Assembly (NCBI GenBank): GCA_963805085.1
Contig: CAWDTA010000005.1
Span: 160,001-224,000, forward strand
Direction: 5' to 3'
DNA length: 64,000 nucleotides
Origin: an uncultured Veillonellaceae bacterium
GTDB taxonomy: Bacteria; Bacillota; Negativicutes; JARBTT01
In this document: positions 41,282 through 52,011 of the stretch, one piece after another
How the letters are laid out: each line of letters begins with the position of its first letter
How positions within the stretch are numbered: the stretch's first letter is position 1
Notes under the pieces: generated by a model
What the model was told of the DNA's origin: nothing
The model's database searches: none
Seen by the model: the letters and a program-made list of their open reading frames with translations, nothing else
Program-made: the position numbers and the translations under genes

Positions 41282-41335
41282 TTAACAATTCCTTAACATT
41301 GTCTTAACACTAAAACACTGATCCTGCGGTAGAAT
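41282..41335 (+). promoter_or_regulatory. Pho box array for pstSCA
   Basis: TTAACA at 41282, 41293 and 41304 (11-bp period); -10 TAGAAT at 41330. Confidence 0.8.
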
Positions 41336-41380
41336 GAAAGACATAGAAAAGATTTAAATATTTTAGGAGGTTCATAAAGA

Positions 41381-42250
41381 ATGAATTTATTTAAAAAATC
41401 TAAAGTTTTAGCAACTGCAGTAGCGATGATGTTGGGGGTAGCGATGATTGCTGGTTGCGGTGGTGGCGATAAGAAAGCGGAAGATACTACCAAGACAGCA
41501 GCTATAGAAGGAACTGTAAGTGCTTCTGGTTCCACGGCTTTATTACCGTTACTAAAACCAGCACAAGAAGAGTTTCAAAAGCTACATGATAAAGTTAATA
41601 TAAATATTGCTGGTGGCGGTTCGTTCACTGGGATGAACCAAGTAGCTGAAGGTTCCGTACAAGTTGGTAACTCCGATGTAAACTTACCAGATGATTATAA
41701 AGATAAAGGTTTAGTTGACCATAAAGTTGTAGTAGAGCCTTTCGTATTTATTGCTAATAAAGAGTTATCAGTAAATAATTTAACAGCAGCTCAAGTAGTA
41801 GATATTATGACTGGAAAGGTTACGAATTGGAAAGAAGTTGGTGGACCTGACCAAGCAATCACGATTATTCATAGAGCAAAATCGTCTGGATCAAGAGCAA
41901 CGATTGCAGAAAAAGTATTAAAAGGTGCGGAATTTACTGATAAAGCAATTATTCAAGATTCTAATGGGGCAGTAAGAGCAGCCATTGCTAATACGCCAGG
42001 TGCAATTGGTTATGTTGATGCTCCATATGCAGATCAAACAGTAAAAACACTTGATTTTGATGGTGTAAAATATAGTCCAGAAGCAATCATCAGTGGTAAA
42101 TACACAGTTTGGTCATATGGTCATATGTACACTAAAGGTGAAGCAACTGGTGCAACAAAAGCATTTATTGACTATGTGATGAGCCCGGAATTCCAAAACA
42201 CTTATGTTGAAAAAGCTGGTTTCATTCCTGTAACAAAAATGTCTAAATAA
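41381..42250 (+). CDS. pstS: Phosphate-binding lipoprotein
   Basis: Lipobox IAGC, SGSTALLP, GGGS.TG, R..SSGSR, GAIGY. Confidence 0.95.
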   Translation: MNLFKKSKVLATAVAMMLGVAMIAGCGGGDKKAEDTTKTAAIEGTVSASGSTALLPLLKPAQEEFQKLHDKVNINIAGGGSFTGMNQVAEGSVQVGNSDVNLPDDYKDKGLVDHKVVVEPFVFIANKELSVNNLTAAQVVDIMTGKVTNWKEVGGPDQAITIIHRAKSSGSRATIAEKVLKGAEFTDKAIIQDSNGAVRAAIANTPGAIGYVDAPYADQTVKTLDFDGVKYSPEAIISGKYTVWSYGHMYTKGEATGATKAFIDYVMSPEFQNTYVEKAGFIPVTKMSK

Positions 42251-42268
42251 TTGATAGCTATTCCCTCA

Positions 42269-42313
42269 TATCTTAGTAAAAAGCCCGCTTAGGCGGGCCT
42301 TTTTACTAAGATA
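42269..42313 (+). terminator. Hairpin between pstS and pstC (terminator or mRNA stabiliser)
   Basis: TATCTTAGTAAAAAGCCCGC-TTAG-GCGGGCCTTTTTACTAAGATA. Confidence 0.7.
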
Positions 42314-42349
42314 ATAAATGATTAATGATAAGCAAGGAGTAACAAAGTA

Positions 42350-43237
42350 ATGAATACCATTGACCATAATCATAAACTAACTTTAGCCTATGATAAATAT
42401 GTGCGATATTTATTTATTGCCAGTGCTGTTTTTATGACAGTGATTGTTTTTTCCATCATATTTTTTATTGGCAAACAAGGTTTGATGACCTTTAAAGAGG
42501 TAAGTCCAATAGAATTTTTCTTTACAAGCAAATGGGATCCGATGGGGCATCATTATGGGGCGCTTAGTTTTATTATTGGCTCAATCGTCGTTACTCTTAT
42601 GTCCATTGTTATCGGAGCACCACTTGGTCTTGCTGGTGCAGTATTCATGGCTAAAATTGCGCCTAAATGGGTTCGGGAAATTATGCGTCCAGCTACTGAT
42701 TTATATGTAGCAGTACCATCTGTAGTCTATGGATATGTAGGGTTAGTACTCTTGGTACCGTTTTTGCGTGAGTTTTTTCATGTTGGTACAGGGTTTGGTT
42801 TGCTGGCAGCGGCAATTATTTTGTCGGTCATGATATTGCCAACAATTATCAGTATTTGTGAAGATACAATACGTTCCGTGCCGAATACACTAGAAGAAGC
42901 AAGTTTAGCGCTTGGTGCGACGAGGTGGCAAACGCTTTGGCATGTTGTGATTCCAGCGGCAATGCCTGGTATACTTACGGCAATCATCTTGGCAATGGCT
43001 AGGGCGATTGGTGAAACGATGGCGGTACAGATGCTCATTGGTAATACGCCACTGATTGCAACTTCGCTATTTTCGCCAACTTCGGCGCTAACGAGTAATA
43101 TTGTGGTGGAAATGGGGAATACGCCGTTTGGCTCAGCTTGGGGAAATTCATTATTTCTAATGGCATTGGTTTTGCTGTTAATTTCGTTAGGGATGATCCT
43201 TTTGATTAGACGAATTGGCGCAAGGAGGATAGCATAA
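42350..43237 (+). CDS. pstC: Phosphate ABC permease PstC
   Basis: VPSVVYG, MILPTI, EASLALGATRWQT, RAIGETMAV. Confidence 0.96.
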   Translation: MNTIDHNHKLTLAYDKYVRYLFIASAVFMTVIVFSIIFFIGKQGLMTFKEVSPIEFFFTSKWDPMGHHYGALSFIIGSIVVTLMSIVIGAPLGLAGAVFMAKIAPKWVREIMRPATDLYVAVPSVVYGYVGLVLLVPFLREFFHVGTGFGLLAAAIILSVMILPTIISICEDTIRSVPNTLEEASLALGATRWQTLWHVVIPAAMPGILTAIILAMARAIGETMAVQMLIGNTPLIATSLFSPTSALTSNIVVEMGNTPFGSAWGNSLFLMALVLLLISLGMILLIRRIGARRIA

Positions 43238-44094
43238 TGAGTGCAAAAGGTATAAATCAACTGGCGACAGTCTGTATGTGGATGGCGGGAGTGCTCATTT
43301 TAGGTATTTTAATGGCATTTTTAGGCTATATTTTATATAAAGGTCTTCCGGCCCTTTCGTTTGATTTTATTTTTGGAAAATCACGTGAATTGGAAGCAGG
43401 CGGTGGTGTTGGGGCACAACTGTTCAATTCTTTTTATATTTTATTCTTATCTATGTTAGTTTCTATTCCATTGGCGATTGGAGCAGGAGTCTATCTTGCC
43501 GAATATGCAAAAGAGAACACGTTAACGTATCTCATTCGTTTAAGCACGGAATGTTTAGCGACAGTGCCATCCATCGTTTTGGGTTTATTTGGCATGATTG
43601 TTTTTGTTAACTTTTTTAGAGCTGGTTTCAGCATTATTGGTGGATCGCTCACGTTGATGCTCTTAAATCTGCCAGTGCTTGTTCGAGTGACAGAAGAATC
43701 CATTCGTACAGTACCAAAATATTATAGTGAGGCTAGCCTAGCACTTGGGGCAACGAAGTTTCAAACGATTTGGAAAGTCGTTTTACCAAATGCAATGCCA
43801 GGAATTATCACTGGGATTACGTTGACGGCAGGGCGGGCACTGGGTGAGACGGCGATCTTAATTTTTACAGCAGGGACAACCGTGTCAAGGCATTTGGGTG
43901 ATACCAATGTGCTTGCGGCAGGCGAAACGTTGGCTGTACACATGTGGTATTTGATGTCAACGGGACTTGTTCCAGATCGTGTTGCGATTGCTGATGGCAT
44001 TGGGGCACTATTAATTATCATGATTTTGATTTTTAATTTGGTCTTTGCTATTCCTGGAAGAATAATTCAAAAACGTACGGGAACTATGCGCTAA
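43237..44094 (+). CDS. pstA: Phosphate ABC permease PstA
   Basis: GVYLAEY, VPSIVLGLFG, EASLALGATK.QT, GRALGETA. Confidence 0.96.
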   Translation: MSAKGINQLATVCMWMAGVLILGILMAFLGYILYKGLPALSFDFIFGKSRELEAGGGVGAQLFNSFYILFLSMLVSIPLAIGAGVYLAEYAKENTLTYLIRLSTECLATVPSIVLGLFGMIVFVNFFRAGFSIIGGSLTLMLLNLPVLVRVTEESIRTVPKYYSEASLALGATKFQTIWKVVLPNAMPGIITGITLTAGRALGETAILIFTAGTTVSRHLGDTNVLAAGETLAVHMWYLMSTGLVPDRVAIADGIGALLIIMILIFNLVFAIPGRIIQKRTGTMR

Positions 44095-44176
44095 TAAATG
44101 CTCAATTATGGATTTAAAATCGATAAGTCCTTAATTTTTTCTTATCTTATTTGCTGAAAAGATAGTGGAGGAAATG

Positions 44177-46255
44177 ATGAAAATAGATAGGATAACACAT
44201 CGGATGATTGATAGATTCCAGCAATATCAATTAGGATTCAAGAATAAAGGTAAGTTTTCATTTGGTAGATTCAATAGAAAAAGGTTGTTAAACTGGTTCT
44301 CATTGCTTAGAACTAAGGCTGCTATTTTTACAGCAGGTATCTGCTTCACTACTGCCTTAATCATTGGCGTTTATTTAATTAATCAAGAAATCGAAGATTT
44401 AACACAAATTGCAATCAACAATAATAATCAAGTTGCTGAACGGATTGGCGATGATATTAGTAAATATATTGAGAGTGAAAAAAATTTTTTAGTAGTAACA
44501 AGTGCAAATCGTCAAGTGCAAAGTATGAATGAAAAAATCATGAAAGAGTATTTGATGAATGTACAAGTTTATCGTAAAAATAATAGTATTGGCGTTACAG
44601 ATGAAAAAGGATATGAAATATTAAGAACGGACGGACACCCAGTAACAGATATTTCTACTCAGTCTTATTTCCAACAGGCGATGAAGGGAAATGTCGTTTT
44701 TTCCAAACCTATTAAGCAGAACGGAAGCAATCAGTTAGCGATTATAGGTGCAACTCCGATTTATGGTATTGGTCAAAAAATTCAGGGAATATTAACCACT
44801 GATATTTATATTGAAGATATGAATCATTTGATTGAACAAGTATTAGCTAAAAATCCTAGCTCTGGTATTGTTGTTGTGGGTCCAAATAGTATACCGATTT
44901 TTTATCAACGTAATCAGCAGGCGGTACAAAATCAAGAAGCCGTTAATGAACCATTTTTAACTGAAGCGGTAGAAAAACAAAATGGGCATACGATTCATAC
45001 GATACGTGGTGAAGAATATCTTGTATCCTATCGTCCAATCGCCAATACTGAATTTATTGTAGTTACTACATATCCTAAAAAATTGGCAGTGCAATCGCTA
45101 TTGATTATCTTAAAAAAATGTCTGACGGCACTTTTAATTATTGTTTGTCTTGTAATGTGTATTGCCGTTTATTGTACGAGAAAGGCTTTAGCTCCATTTG
45201 ATCAATTGGTGTATGGTGTGAATCAAGTTGCGCAAGGAGATTTGTCTTATCGGCTAACGCATATGACTAGAGACGAATTTGGCAGTGTTGCGCAAGGTTT
45301 CAATTTGATGAGTGAAAATCTGCAGAAAATTGTAAGCTCTGTAAAACAATTAACGGATTCGGTTTTAGCTGAAATAAATCATATGGATGAAGAATGTTCT
45401 AATTCTCATCAAGGCAGTATTGCTGTTGAAGTTGCAACCAAGAGCATGCTTGATAAGTTAAAGGAACAAGGGCAAAAAACGGCGGGAACAAAAGCAACGA
45501 TAGATAAATTAGTTGAAATTACGCAGAGTGTAGCAACGGGAATTGAAAATACGGCTACAGCTACCAATCAATGTGCAAATATTGCAGAAGATGGCAAAGG
45601 TACATTAATAAAAACAATTGATACAATGATAAATCTAGAAAAGCAGGTGTTTGATTCAGTTGGTACAGTTGGTGAATTAAGTGACAATATGAAATCAATC
45701 AATGATATTTCTGAAGCGATAGAATCAATTTCTCAGCAAACGAATTTATTGGCTTTAAATGCTGCAATTGAGGCCGCGCAGGCTGGTACGGCTGGAAGAG
45801 GTTTTTCTGTTGTTGCAGAAGAAATTAGAAAATTAGCGAATGAATCAGCAATTGCAACAAAAAATATTACAAGTATTACGCAAAAAATCATACTGGATAC
45901 GCAAAAAGTATTAACGGTGATGCAAGATAGTGAGACAAAGGTTAAATATGGTGTCAAAATGATTAGAGAAAGTGATATTGCTTTTTCGAAAATTGGGGAT
46001 CATATAAAAATCGCCAATGGGCAAGCCGATGTCATTACTGGAAGAACCAAGGAACAGGTTGTATTGTTTAAGCAGGTTTTGAATGAGGTTGATCATATTG
46101 ACATATTGGCTAGAGACAATATTAAAAGCGCTAGTATCATTGAAAAAAATGGACAGGAGCAATCGATGAGTACGCTTGAAATAAAAAGAGCAAACCAGAG
46201 ATTGACTGACTTATCCTATGAATTAGAACAAGTAATTACTAAATTTACTGTGTAA
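44177..46255 (+). CDS. Methyl-accepting chemotaxis protein (Cache sensor, HAMP)
   Basis: Two TM helices, YFQQAM.G Cache motif, [34 protein letters not shown]. Start 44165-44177 uncertain. Confidence 0.92.
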   Translation: MKIDRITHRMIDRFQQYQLGFKNKGKFSFGRFNRKRLLNWFSLLRTKAAIFTAGICFTTALIIGVYLINQEIEDLTQIAINNNNQVAERIGDDISKYIESEKNFLVVTSANRQVQSMNEKIMKEYLMNVQVYRKNNSIGVTDEKGYEILRTDGHPVTDISTQSYFQQAMKGNVVFSKPIKQNGSNQLAIIGATPIYGIGQKIQGILTTDIYIEDMNHLIEQVLAKNPSSGIVVVGPNSIPIFYQRNQQAVQNQEAVNEPFLTEAVEKQNGHTIHTIRGEEYLVSYRPIANTEFIVVTTYPKKLAVQSLLIILKKCLTALLIIVCLVMCIAVYCTRKALAPFDQLVYGVNQVAQGDLSYRLTHMTRDEFGSVAQGFNLMSENLQKIVSSVKQLTDSVLAEINHMDEECSNSHQGSIAVEVATKSMLDKLKEQGQKTAGTKATIDKLVEITQSVATGIENTATATNQCANIAEDGKGTLIKTIDTMINLEKQVFDSVGTVGELSDNMKSINDISEAIESISQQTNLLALNAAIEAAQAGTAGRGFSVVAEEIRKLANESAIATKNITSITQKIILDTQKVLTVMQDSETKVKYGVKMIRESDIAFSKIGDHIKIANGQADVITGRTKEQVVLFKQVLNEVDHIDILARDNIKSASIIEKNGQEQSMSTLEIKRANQRLTDLSYELEQVITKFTV

Positions 46256-46317
46256 TAATTAACACATAATTTTTACATACTCCTATCATACTAATTTGTA
46301 GAAAGGAGTGTGTTTTT

Positions 46318-47268
46318 GTGCGTAATATAATTTGTTTGATAATGATTGGAATGTTTGTGTTGGCTTTTACTGGATGTGATCTGAATCAGTCTCCAATGAA
46401 GGATCAACAGGAAAACAAAAGTAATGATAATACACAATTGATAGAACCAACCTTGAGTGTGTATATGCACGAGACCGGCGAAACAAAACAGATGAAGTTA
46501 GAGGAATACTTAGCAGGTGTAGTTGCTGGTGAAATGAAAAATGATTGGCAAGTTGAGGCGCTAGCAGCACAGGCGATTATGGCTAGGACATTTACGTTGC
46601 AGGCTTTGGAGAAAGGTCAGTTGACAAAAGAAGGTACGAATGCGTCGACCGATATTAAAGAATTTCAAGCCTATAATGCTAGTGCGATTAATGACAATGT
46701 TAGGAATGCCGTGCAGATGACACGAGGAAAAGTAGTCACTTATCAATCAGCCCCAATTATGGGATGGTTTCACGCATCTGCCGGTGGTCAAACAGCAATG
46801 GCGAAAGAAGGATTGGATTATAAAGAGGAAGATCCTCCGTTTATACAATCGGTATCATCACCAGATGATATGGCGCCCGCAGATGTACAAAGTTGGACGG
46901 CAACCTTTCCTGTTAAAGATGTCATAAAAAAATTAGAGGAACTTGGCAAAAGTGTTACTACGATTAGCAGTGTAACCATTGGCAAGAAAGGCGTATCAGG
47001 ACGGGCAACAACGATACTTTTTAATGGTGATGTTGAAGTGTCGGCACCTAAATTACGTTTGGCACTTGGGAGCACGGTATTAAAATCAATGTTCCTTGAT
47101 AGTGTGGAACTGAGTGGTAGTGAAATTGTTTTTAAAGGGAAAGGCTATGGGCATGGTGTTGGCTTGTCTCAATGGGGTGCACAAAAAATGGCCACAGACG
47201 GTAAGAAAGCTGATGAGATCGTAACCTATTATTTTAAAGATGTTAAAGTTGAGAAACGGTGGGAATAA
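46318..47268 (+). CDS. SpoIID/LytB-domain lytic transglycosylase with lipoprotein signal
   Basis: LEEYLAGVVAGEM, EALAAQAIMART, G.GYGHGVGLSQWGA; LAFTGC lipobox; sigma-E-like -10 CATACTAAT at about 46287. Confidence 0.88.
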   Translation: MRNIICLIMIGMFVLAFTGCDLNQSPMKDQQENKSNDNTQLIEPTLSVYMHETGETKQMKLEEYLAGVVAGEMKNDWQVEALAAQAIMARTFTLQALEKGQLTKEGTNASTDIKEFQAYNASAINDNVRNAVQMTRGKVVTYQSAPIMGWFHASAGGQTAMAKEGLDYKEEDPPFIQSVSSPDDMAPADVQSWTATFPVKDVIKKLEELGKSVTTISSVTIGKKGVSGRATTILFNGDVEVSAPKLRLALGSTVLKSMFLDSVELSGSEIVFKGKGYGHGVGLSQWGAQKMATDGKKADEIVTYYFKDVKVEKRWE

Positions 47269-47392
47269 CCATAATAAAGAAGAATGGTGTTGCAAAATGA
47301 TTTGGCAGCACCATTCTTCTTTATGATTATAGTTCTACTTCATCGCTATTTTGCATATAGTTAAACAAAAGCAGTATGGGAGTGAGACTGTG

Positions 47393-47671
47393 ATGGTGAA
47401 TGATAAAGCTCCAACTTGGCGACATCAAATTACATTAGTAGATAGAGAGGAGCTTACAGTTGAAGGTGTGAATAGTTTAGGTAGTTATGATGAGAAGGAA
47501 GTGGTAATGGAAACTTCGCAAGGGACAATGACGGTGCATGGAGAGGGGCTTAATGTAAAGCAGCTTAACCTAGAGGCTAGCAATATTGTGATTGAAGGAA
47601 ATATCAAAGGGATTCAGTATGAAGAAGGTCACAAGGAAAGACGAGGCCTACTTGATCGCTTACTAAAATAA
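47393..47671 (+). CDS. yabP: Sporulation protein YabP
   Basis: H.ITL.DRE.L..EGV, ET..G...V.GE.L....LNLE; sigma-E-like promoter TTCTACT-14-CATATAGT (47333-47361). Confidence 0.9.
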   Translation: MVNDKAPTWRHQITLVDREELTVEGVNSLGSYDEKEVVMETSQGTMTVHGEGLNVKQLNLEASNIVIEGNIKGIQYEEGHKERRGLLDRLLK

Positions 47672-47696
47672 TTGGTGTTCGTAGGGAGGTGAGAAA

Positions 47697-48167
47697 ATGG
47701 AAGTCAATGCACAATTGATCAGTTTTCTCACGACCTTATTCATCGGTATCATATTGGGTTGCATTTTCGACTTTTACCGTGTCTCACGCGCTGTATTTCA
47801 ACCTAGGTTATGGGTGACGTATTTATTTGATGGTCTGTATTGGCTCATCGCAATTATCATTACTTTTGTGTGCTTACTTATGAGTAATTGGGCAGAACTT
47901 CGTTTTTATATTTTTATGGGAATTATTCTGGGGGCGATTTTATATTATAAACTTTGTAGTCGCTATACGCTTTTTTTTAGTATGGGCATTATTAAATGGT
48001 GTATCCTTATTGTTAGGTACATTAGAAGTATTTTATTTAGATGGATATTGCAACCAATCGGCTATTTGCTAGGTATTTTTAAGACTCCGTTTCGTTATGT
48101 AAAGAAATATGTGAAAAAAGCTAAGGCAAAAGTTACAAATATGGATGACTTAAGACCTAAATTGTGA
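47697..48167 (+). CDS. yabQ: Spore cortex biosynthesis protein YabQ
   Basis: G...G..FD.YR, D.LYW, N.AELRFY; synteny. Confidence 0.88.
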   Translation: MEVNAQLISFLTTLFIGIILGCIFDFYRVSRAVFQPRLWVTYLFDGLYWLIAIIITFVCLLMSNWAELRFYIFMGIILGAILYYKLCSRYTLFFSMGIIKWCILIVRYIRSILFRWILQPIGYLLGIFKTPFRYVKKYVKKAKAKVTNMDDLRPKL

Positions 48168-48285
48168 AATATGATTGCAATTACAAAAATATGATTATAT
48201 TATTATAAGAAGTATGTATTGAGAATATTATTATAATTTAGATAGATTAGGAATTTTGTACATAATTATTTAGGGTGGTGTCAGT

Positions 48286-48567
48286 ATGAAACATAAACGT
48301 AAATTTAGTTGGTTTCGTTTACTCCTAGTTATAATTATTGCGTATTTTGGCTATGTTAGTTTTAATCAACAAGCACATTTAAATACGATTGATCGTGAAC
48401 AAGAAATTGCTAGTTCTAGTTTATCAGAGGCTGAGCGAATCCATAATGAACTAGTAGTAGAAAAAGATAAATTAAATCAAGTCAACTATATTGAAAAAAT
48501 TGCGAGAGAAGACCTAGGTTTAGTAAAACCTGGTGAACTGCCATATATATCCTCAAATAAAAGCTGA
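48286..48567 (+). CDS. divIC: Septum formation initiator DivIC/FtsB
   Basis: TM plus coiled coil plus YIEKIAREDLGLVKPGE. Confidence 0.9.
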   Translation: MKHKRKFSWFRLLLVIIIAYFGYVSFNQQAHLNTIDREQEIASSSLSEAERIHNELVVEKDKLNQVNYIEKIAREDLGLVKPGELPYISSNKS

Positions 48568-48668
48568 TTTGCAAGTGAATTTCTTGACACCTTTTACAGT
48601 CCGAGAGTATAATGACCTTGTATGGTTTATAATGTAATGTTAAATTATGAGGAGGAAATCTGATTAGT

Positions 48669-49133
48669 ATGTCCATTGAAGTTGGCAGTGTGGTAGAAGG
48701 CGTTGTAACCGGAATTACTAATTTTGGTGCATTTGTTGAATTACCAGGAGGAAAAGTAGGTCTTATTCATATTTCGGAAGTTGCAGATGTGTATGTCCGC
48801 GACGTAAAAGATTTTCTAAAAGAACAAGATAAAGTCAAAGTAAAGGTGCTAACAGTTGATGAACGCGGTAAAATCGGTTTATCGATCAAACAGTTGCAAG
48901 AACAAAAACCTGCTGCTGCACCAGTCAGTGCATCTAGTGCTGCACCTAGTTATAGACCAGCACCAAGAAGAGCACCAGCCAATGATTTTAGACGGCCAAA
49001 TCGCGTAAATGCCCCTTCATTTGAAGATAAGTTGTCAAAATTTTTAAAAGACAGCGATGAACGTCTAACTGATTTAAAGAAAAACACAGATTCTAAACGT
49101 GGCGGTCGTGGTGGCGCACGTAGAGCTGAATAG
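48669..49133 (+). CDS. yabR: S1-domain RNA-binding protein YabR
   Basis: VTGITNFGAFV, GLIHISEVA, SFEDKLSKFLKDSDER; terminator at 49149-49178. Confidence 0.92.
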   Translation: MSIEVGSVVEGVVTGITNFGAFVELPGGKVGLIHISEVADVYVRDVKDFLKEQDKVKVKVLTVDERGKIGLSIKQLQEQKPAAAPVSASSAAPSYRPAPRRAPANDFRRPNRVNAPSFEDKLSKFLKDSDERLTDLKKNTDSKRGGRGGARRAE

Positions 49134-49345
49134 TCGTCTTGTTATTTTAAGCACTCCTTATGATAGGAGTGCTTTTTTGTTGCGCTTTTCATCATTGCTA
49201 TGTCCGATATTGTAGTATTACTCCCTCGTTTGTCAGTTTTTTTTATGATTATGTTTCCTAATTCAGACAATATTATATTGCCATAATATGTAAAATGAAT
49301 TGCAGACTAAAAACTGATAATTTAAATGATAGTAGGAGTGGTATC

Positions 49346-51787
49346 ATGCAAAAAATGACGGTAATGGCATTGCCTAATCATGTGATGGATGTGATGGAAA
49401 GAACGCAGGGACAACAAGTAAAATCGAAAGGTATGTGGCAAACAGGAAAAATAAATGTAGAAAAACTTATTTCCTATAGGGATGATTTATTTCTATATGG
49501 GTTGGCCTTTTTATTGGCTCGCTTGACTTTATTAGGAGACTTAGCGCCGTTTGGCTTAGGTTTTTTTGCAGCAACGGCCCAATTAATGAAAATGCGAATT
49601 AATATGATTGCGGTTTCTGCTATTTTAGGGGTTTTATCCACAGGCCGATATGATGAAGCTGGTATTTATTTATTTTCTATAGCTGTTTATTTTAAGATGC
49701 AAACAAAGTTGACAAAGTTGGATAGAAAAATGTTTGCAGTGCCGATTGTTATGTTTTTTTCTATTTTAGCTAGTGGTTTTGTATTGAACTACATAGAAGA
49801 TCGAGCTCTATATGATAATCTGGTTGTTTTTTTTAATGCAGCATTATGTATGATAGCAACACATATTTTTACTTACGGTATTCCCTTATTAACGAGTAAA
49901 ACAAAAATTGCTGCCGCCTATGAAAAGCCAACCAATGAGGCGATGATTTGTCTTATTGTTATTTTCGCATTTGCAATTGCTGGAGTTGGTAAGATTACTG
50001 TCATCGATTATAATCTTCAAAATATTTTAAGCTGTATGTTGGTGATGATGTTTGCTTTGGCTGGAGGGGCAGGTCTTGGAGCCGCGGTAGGTGTTGTTGT
50101 CGGTACTGTTATTGGACTTAGTAGTAATCATGCTTTGACAATGATTGCTTTATATGCGGTCAGTGGCACATTAGCAGGTGTATTTAAATGTCTTGGTAAA
50201 TTCGCGGTGATTTTAGGCTTTATTTTAGGTAGTACCATGATGCATCTATCCTTTACGCAATTGCCAATCTTGATGGGGTCGATCACAGAATCAGTAATTG
50301 CAGCTGCTCTGCTATTATTTTTACCGATTACAAAAATTATGAGCTTGCAAAACAAGCTATCTTTAGGTGAACTTGTGCCAGATACAACACAGGTATTGTC
50401 AGAAAGTAGTTATAAGCTACAGAATATTGCTGACATGTTTTATGAATTAGCAGGTTTGTTGGGAATTAGTCAAAATAAGATGCATGAACAAATACGCCAA
50501 GGTGATTTAAATACCTTGTTAAGTGCAGTTGGCGTAAAACTGTGTGAAAATTGTGCGAATCGTTCTAATTGTTGGCAAGATCATTACTATCAGACGTACC
50601 AAAACCTCATTACAATTTTTCAACATTTAGAAAAGAAAAAATTAAAAGTAGCAGATCTACCAGAAGCTTTTAGAAATAATTGTTTACATGCGGAAAAAAT
50701 GGTAGAAATTATTCAAACAGTTGTAGAAAAAAATAATATTAGTGCCTATTGGCAAAATCAAGTAGGTTCACAAAAACAAATGATTATTGAGCAAATGAAA
50801 GCGACAGGGAATATTGTTGCGAATTTAGCCTGTGAATTAAATAAAGTACCAAATCAAGATAGTAAAATTGCAAACATTCTTAGGCATAAAGCTTTAAGTG
50901 TAGGATGTCCGATTGAAAATGTAAAAGTAATTGGGAAGGACAAGCCTCGGCAAATTGAGTTTGAAAAACAGGCTTGTGGTAAAATCGGTGAATGTGCAAC
51001 GACGATCATGCCATTGGTATCCAGCACATTACAAGAACGGTTGACACTGCTGAGAAAATGTGGAAATCGTGATATTGATAAAAAATGTAAACTGTGTATG
51101 AAAATAGCCAACCGATTTAAGGTGAGAACAGCAGTGGCTAATATTGCTAAGGATGGTAATCATATTTGCGGTGATAGTGTAAAGATTATCCCGCTCAATC
51201 ATGGCAAGATGAGTTTATTATTAAGTGATGGTATGGGAAGTGGTGATAGTGCAGCGAGGGAAAGTAAAATGACTGTGGATTGTTTAAGTAAACTATTGCA
51301 AATAGATTTTGATATTGATATCGCAGTAAAAACAGTGAATTCGCTTTTGCTACTGCAGGTGCCAGGGGAAAAATTTGCAACAATGGATATGACGATTATT
51401 GATCTGTATACCGGGGAAGTAGAATTTTTAAAAATTGCTTCGGCACCTAGTTATATAAAACGGATACGGGAAGTGAAAACGATTCAAACATCGGCATTGC
51501 CAATTGGTATTTTAAATCAAATCGAAATTGAACCAGTGAAAGTACAAGTGGATGTTAATGATTTGATTATCATGGTCAGTGATGGGATAGCAGACACCAA
51601 GGATATTAAATTTCGGAGTGAAGATAAAGAAGGCTGGTTACTTAATTTCATTCGTCGAACCAATGAAAACAATGAAGAACGACTTGCACAAACTATTTTA
51701 AAAGAGGCAATTTGTATTTCTGGAGGTGTAGCTAAAGATGACATGACTGTCGTTGTTGCGAGAATTAGCGAAGCGAGTTTCATTTAA
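49346..51787 (+). CDS. spoIIE: Stage II sporulation protein E (membrane PP2C phosphatase)
   Basis: Multi-TM N-terminus, C..C....CW, CGDS, LSDGMGSG, FATMD, VSDG, DDMTVV; synteny. Confidence 0.93.
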   Translation: MQKMTVMALPNHVMDVMERTQGQQVKSKGMWQTGKINVEKLISYRDDLFLYGLAFLLARLTLLGDLAPFGLGFFAATAQLMKMRINMIAVSAILGVLSTGRYDEAGIYLFSIAVYFKMQTKLTKLDRKMFAVPIVMFFSILASGFVLNYIEDRALYDNLVVFFNAALCMIATHIFTYGIPLLTSKTKIAAAYEKPTNEAMICLIVIFAFAIAGVGKITVIDYNLQNILSCMLVMMFALAGGAGLGAAVGVVVGTVIGLSSNHALTMIALYAVSGTLAGVFKCLGKFAVILGFILGSTMMHLSFTQLPILMGSITESVIAAALLLFLPITKIMSLQNKLSLGELVPDTTQVLSESSYKLQNIADMFYELAGLLGISQNKMHEQIRQGDLNTLLSAVGVKLCENCANRSNCWQDHYYQTYQNLITIFQHLEKKKLKVADLPEAFRNNCLHAEKMVEIIQTVVEKNNISAYWQNQVGSQKQMIIEQMKATGNIVANLACELNKVPNQDSKIANILRHKALSVGCPIENVKVIGKDKPRQIEFEKQACGKIGECATTIMPLVSSTLQERLTLLRKCGNRDIDKKCKLCMKIANRFKVRTAVANIAKDGNHICGDSVKIIPLNHGKMSLLLSDGMGSGDSAARESKMTVDCLSKLLQIDFDIDIAVKTVNSLLLLQVPGEKFATMDMTIIDLYTGEVEFLKIASAPSYIKRIREVKTIQTSALPIGILNQIEIEPVKVQVDVNDLIIMVSDGIADTKDIKFRSEDKEGWLLNFIRRTNENNEERLAQTILKEAICISGGVAKDDMTVVVARISEASFI

Positions 51788-52011
51788 ATAAAAAAATGTT
51801 TATCATCTGATTGTGATGATAAACATTTTTTTATTGACTTAGTCTGACTTGGTATTGCTTAATGAATTTTTTTGAATCGTATTCTATTGGCTGGGGAAAA
51901 TGATAAAATATTACAGGATTAATTTTAATTTATTTTGTAATATTTTTGTCATAGGCTGCATTTGTGATATAATGACATTCGTGCCGATATAAAATTTAGT
52001 GAGGATATATC

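Noticed and set aside
49228-49275. Spo0A boxes upstream of spoIIE
   Set aside because: Only degenerate matches (TTTGTCAG, TCAGACAA); expected biologically but not supportable from the sequence alone.
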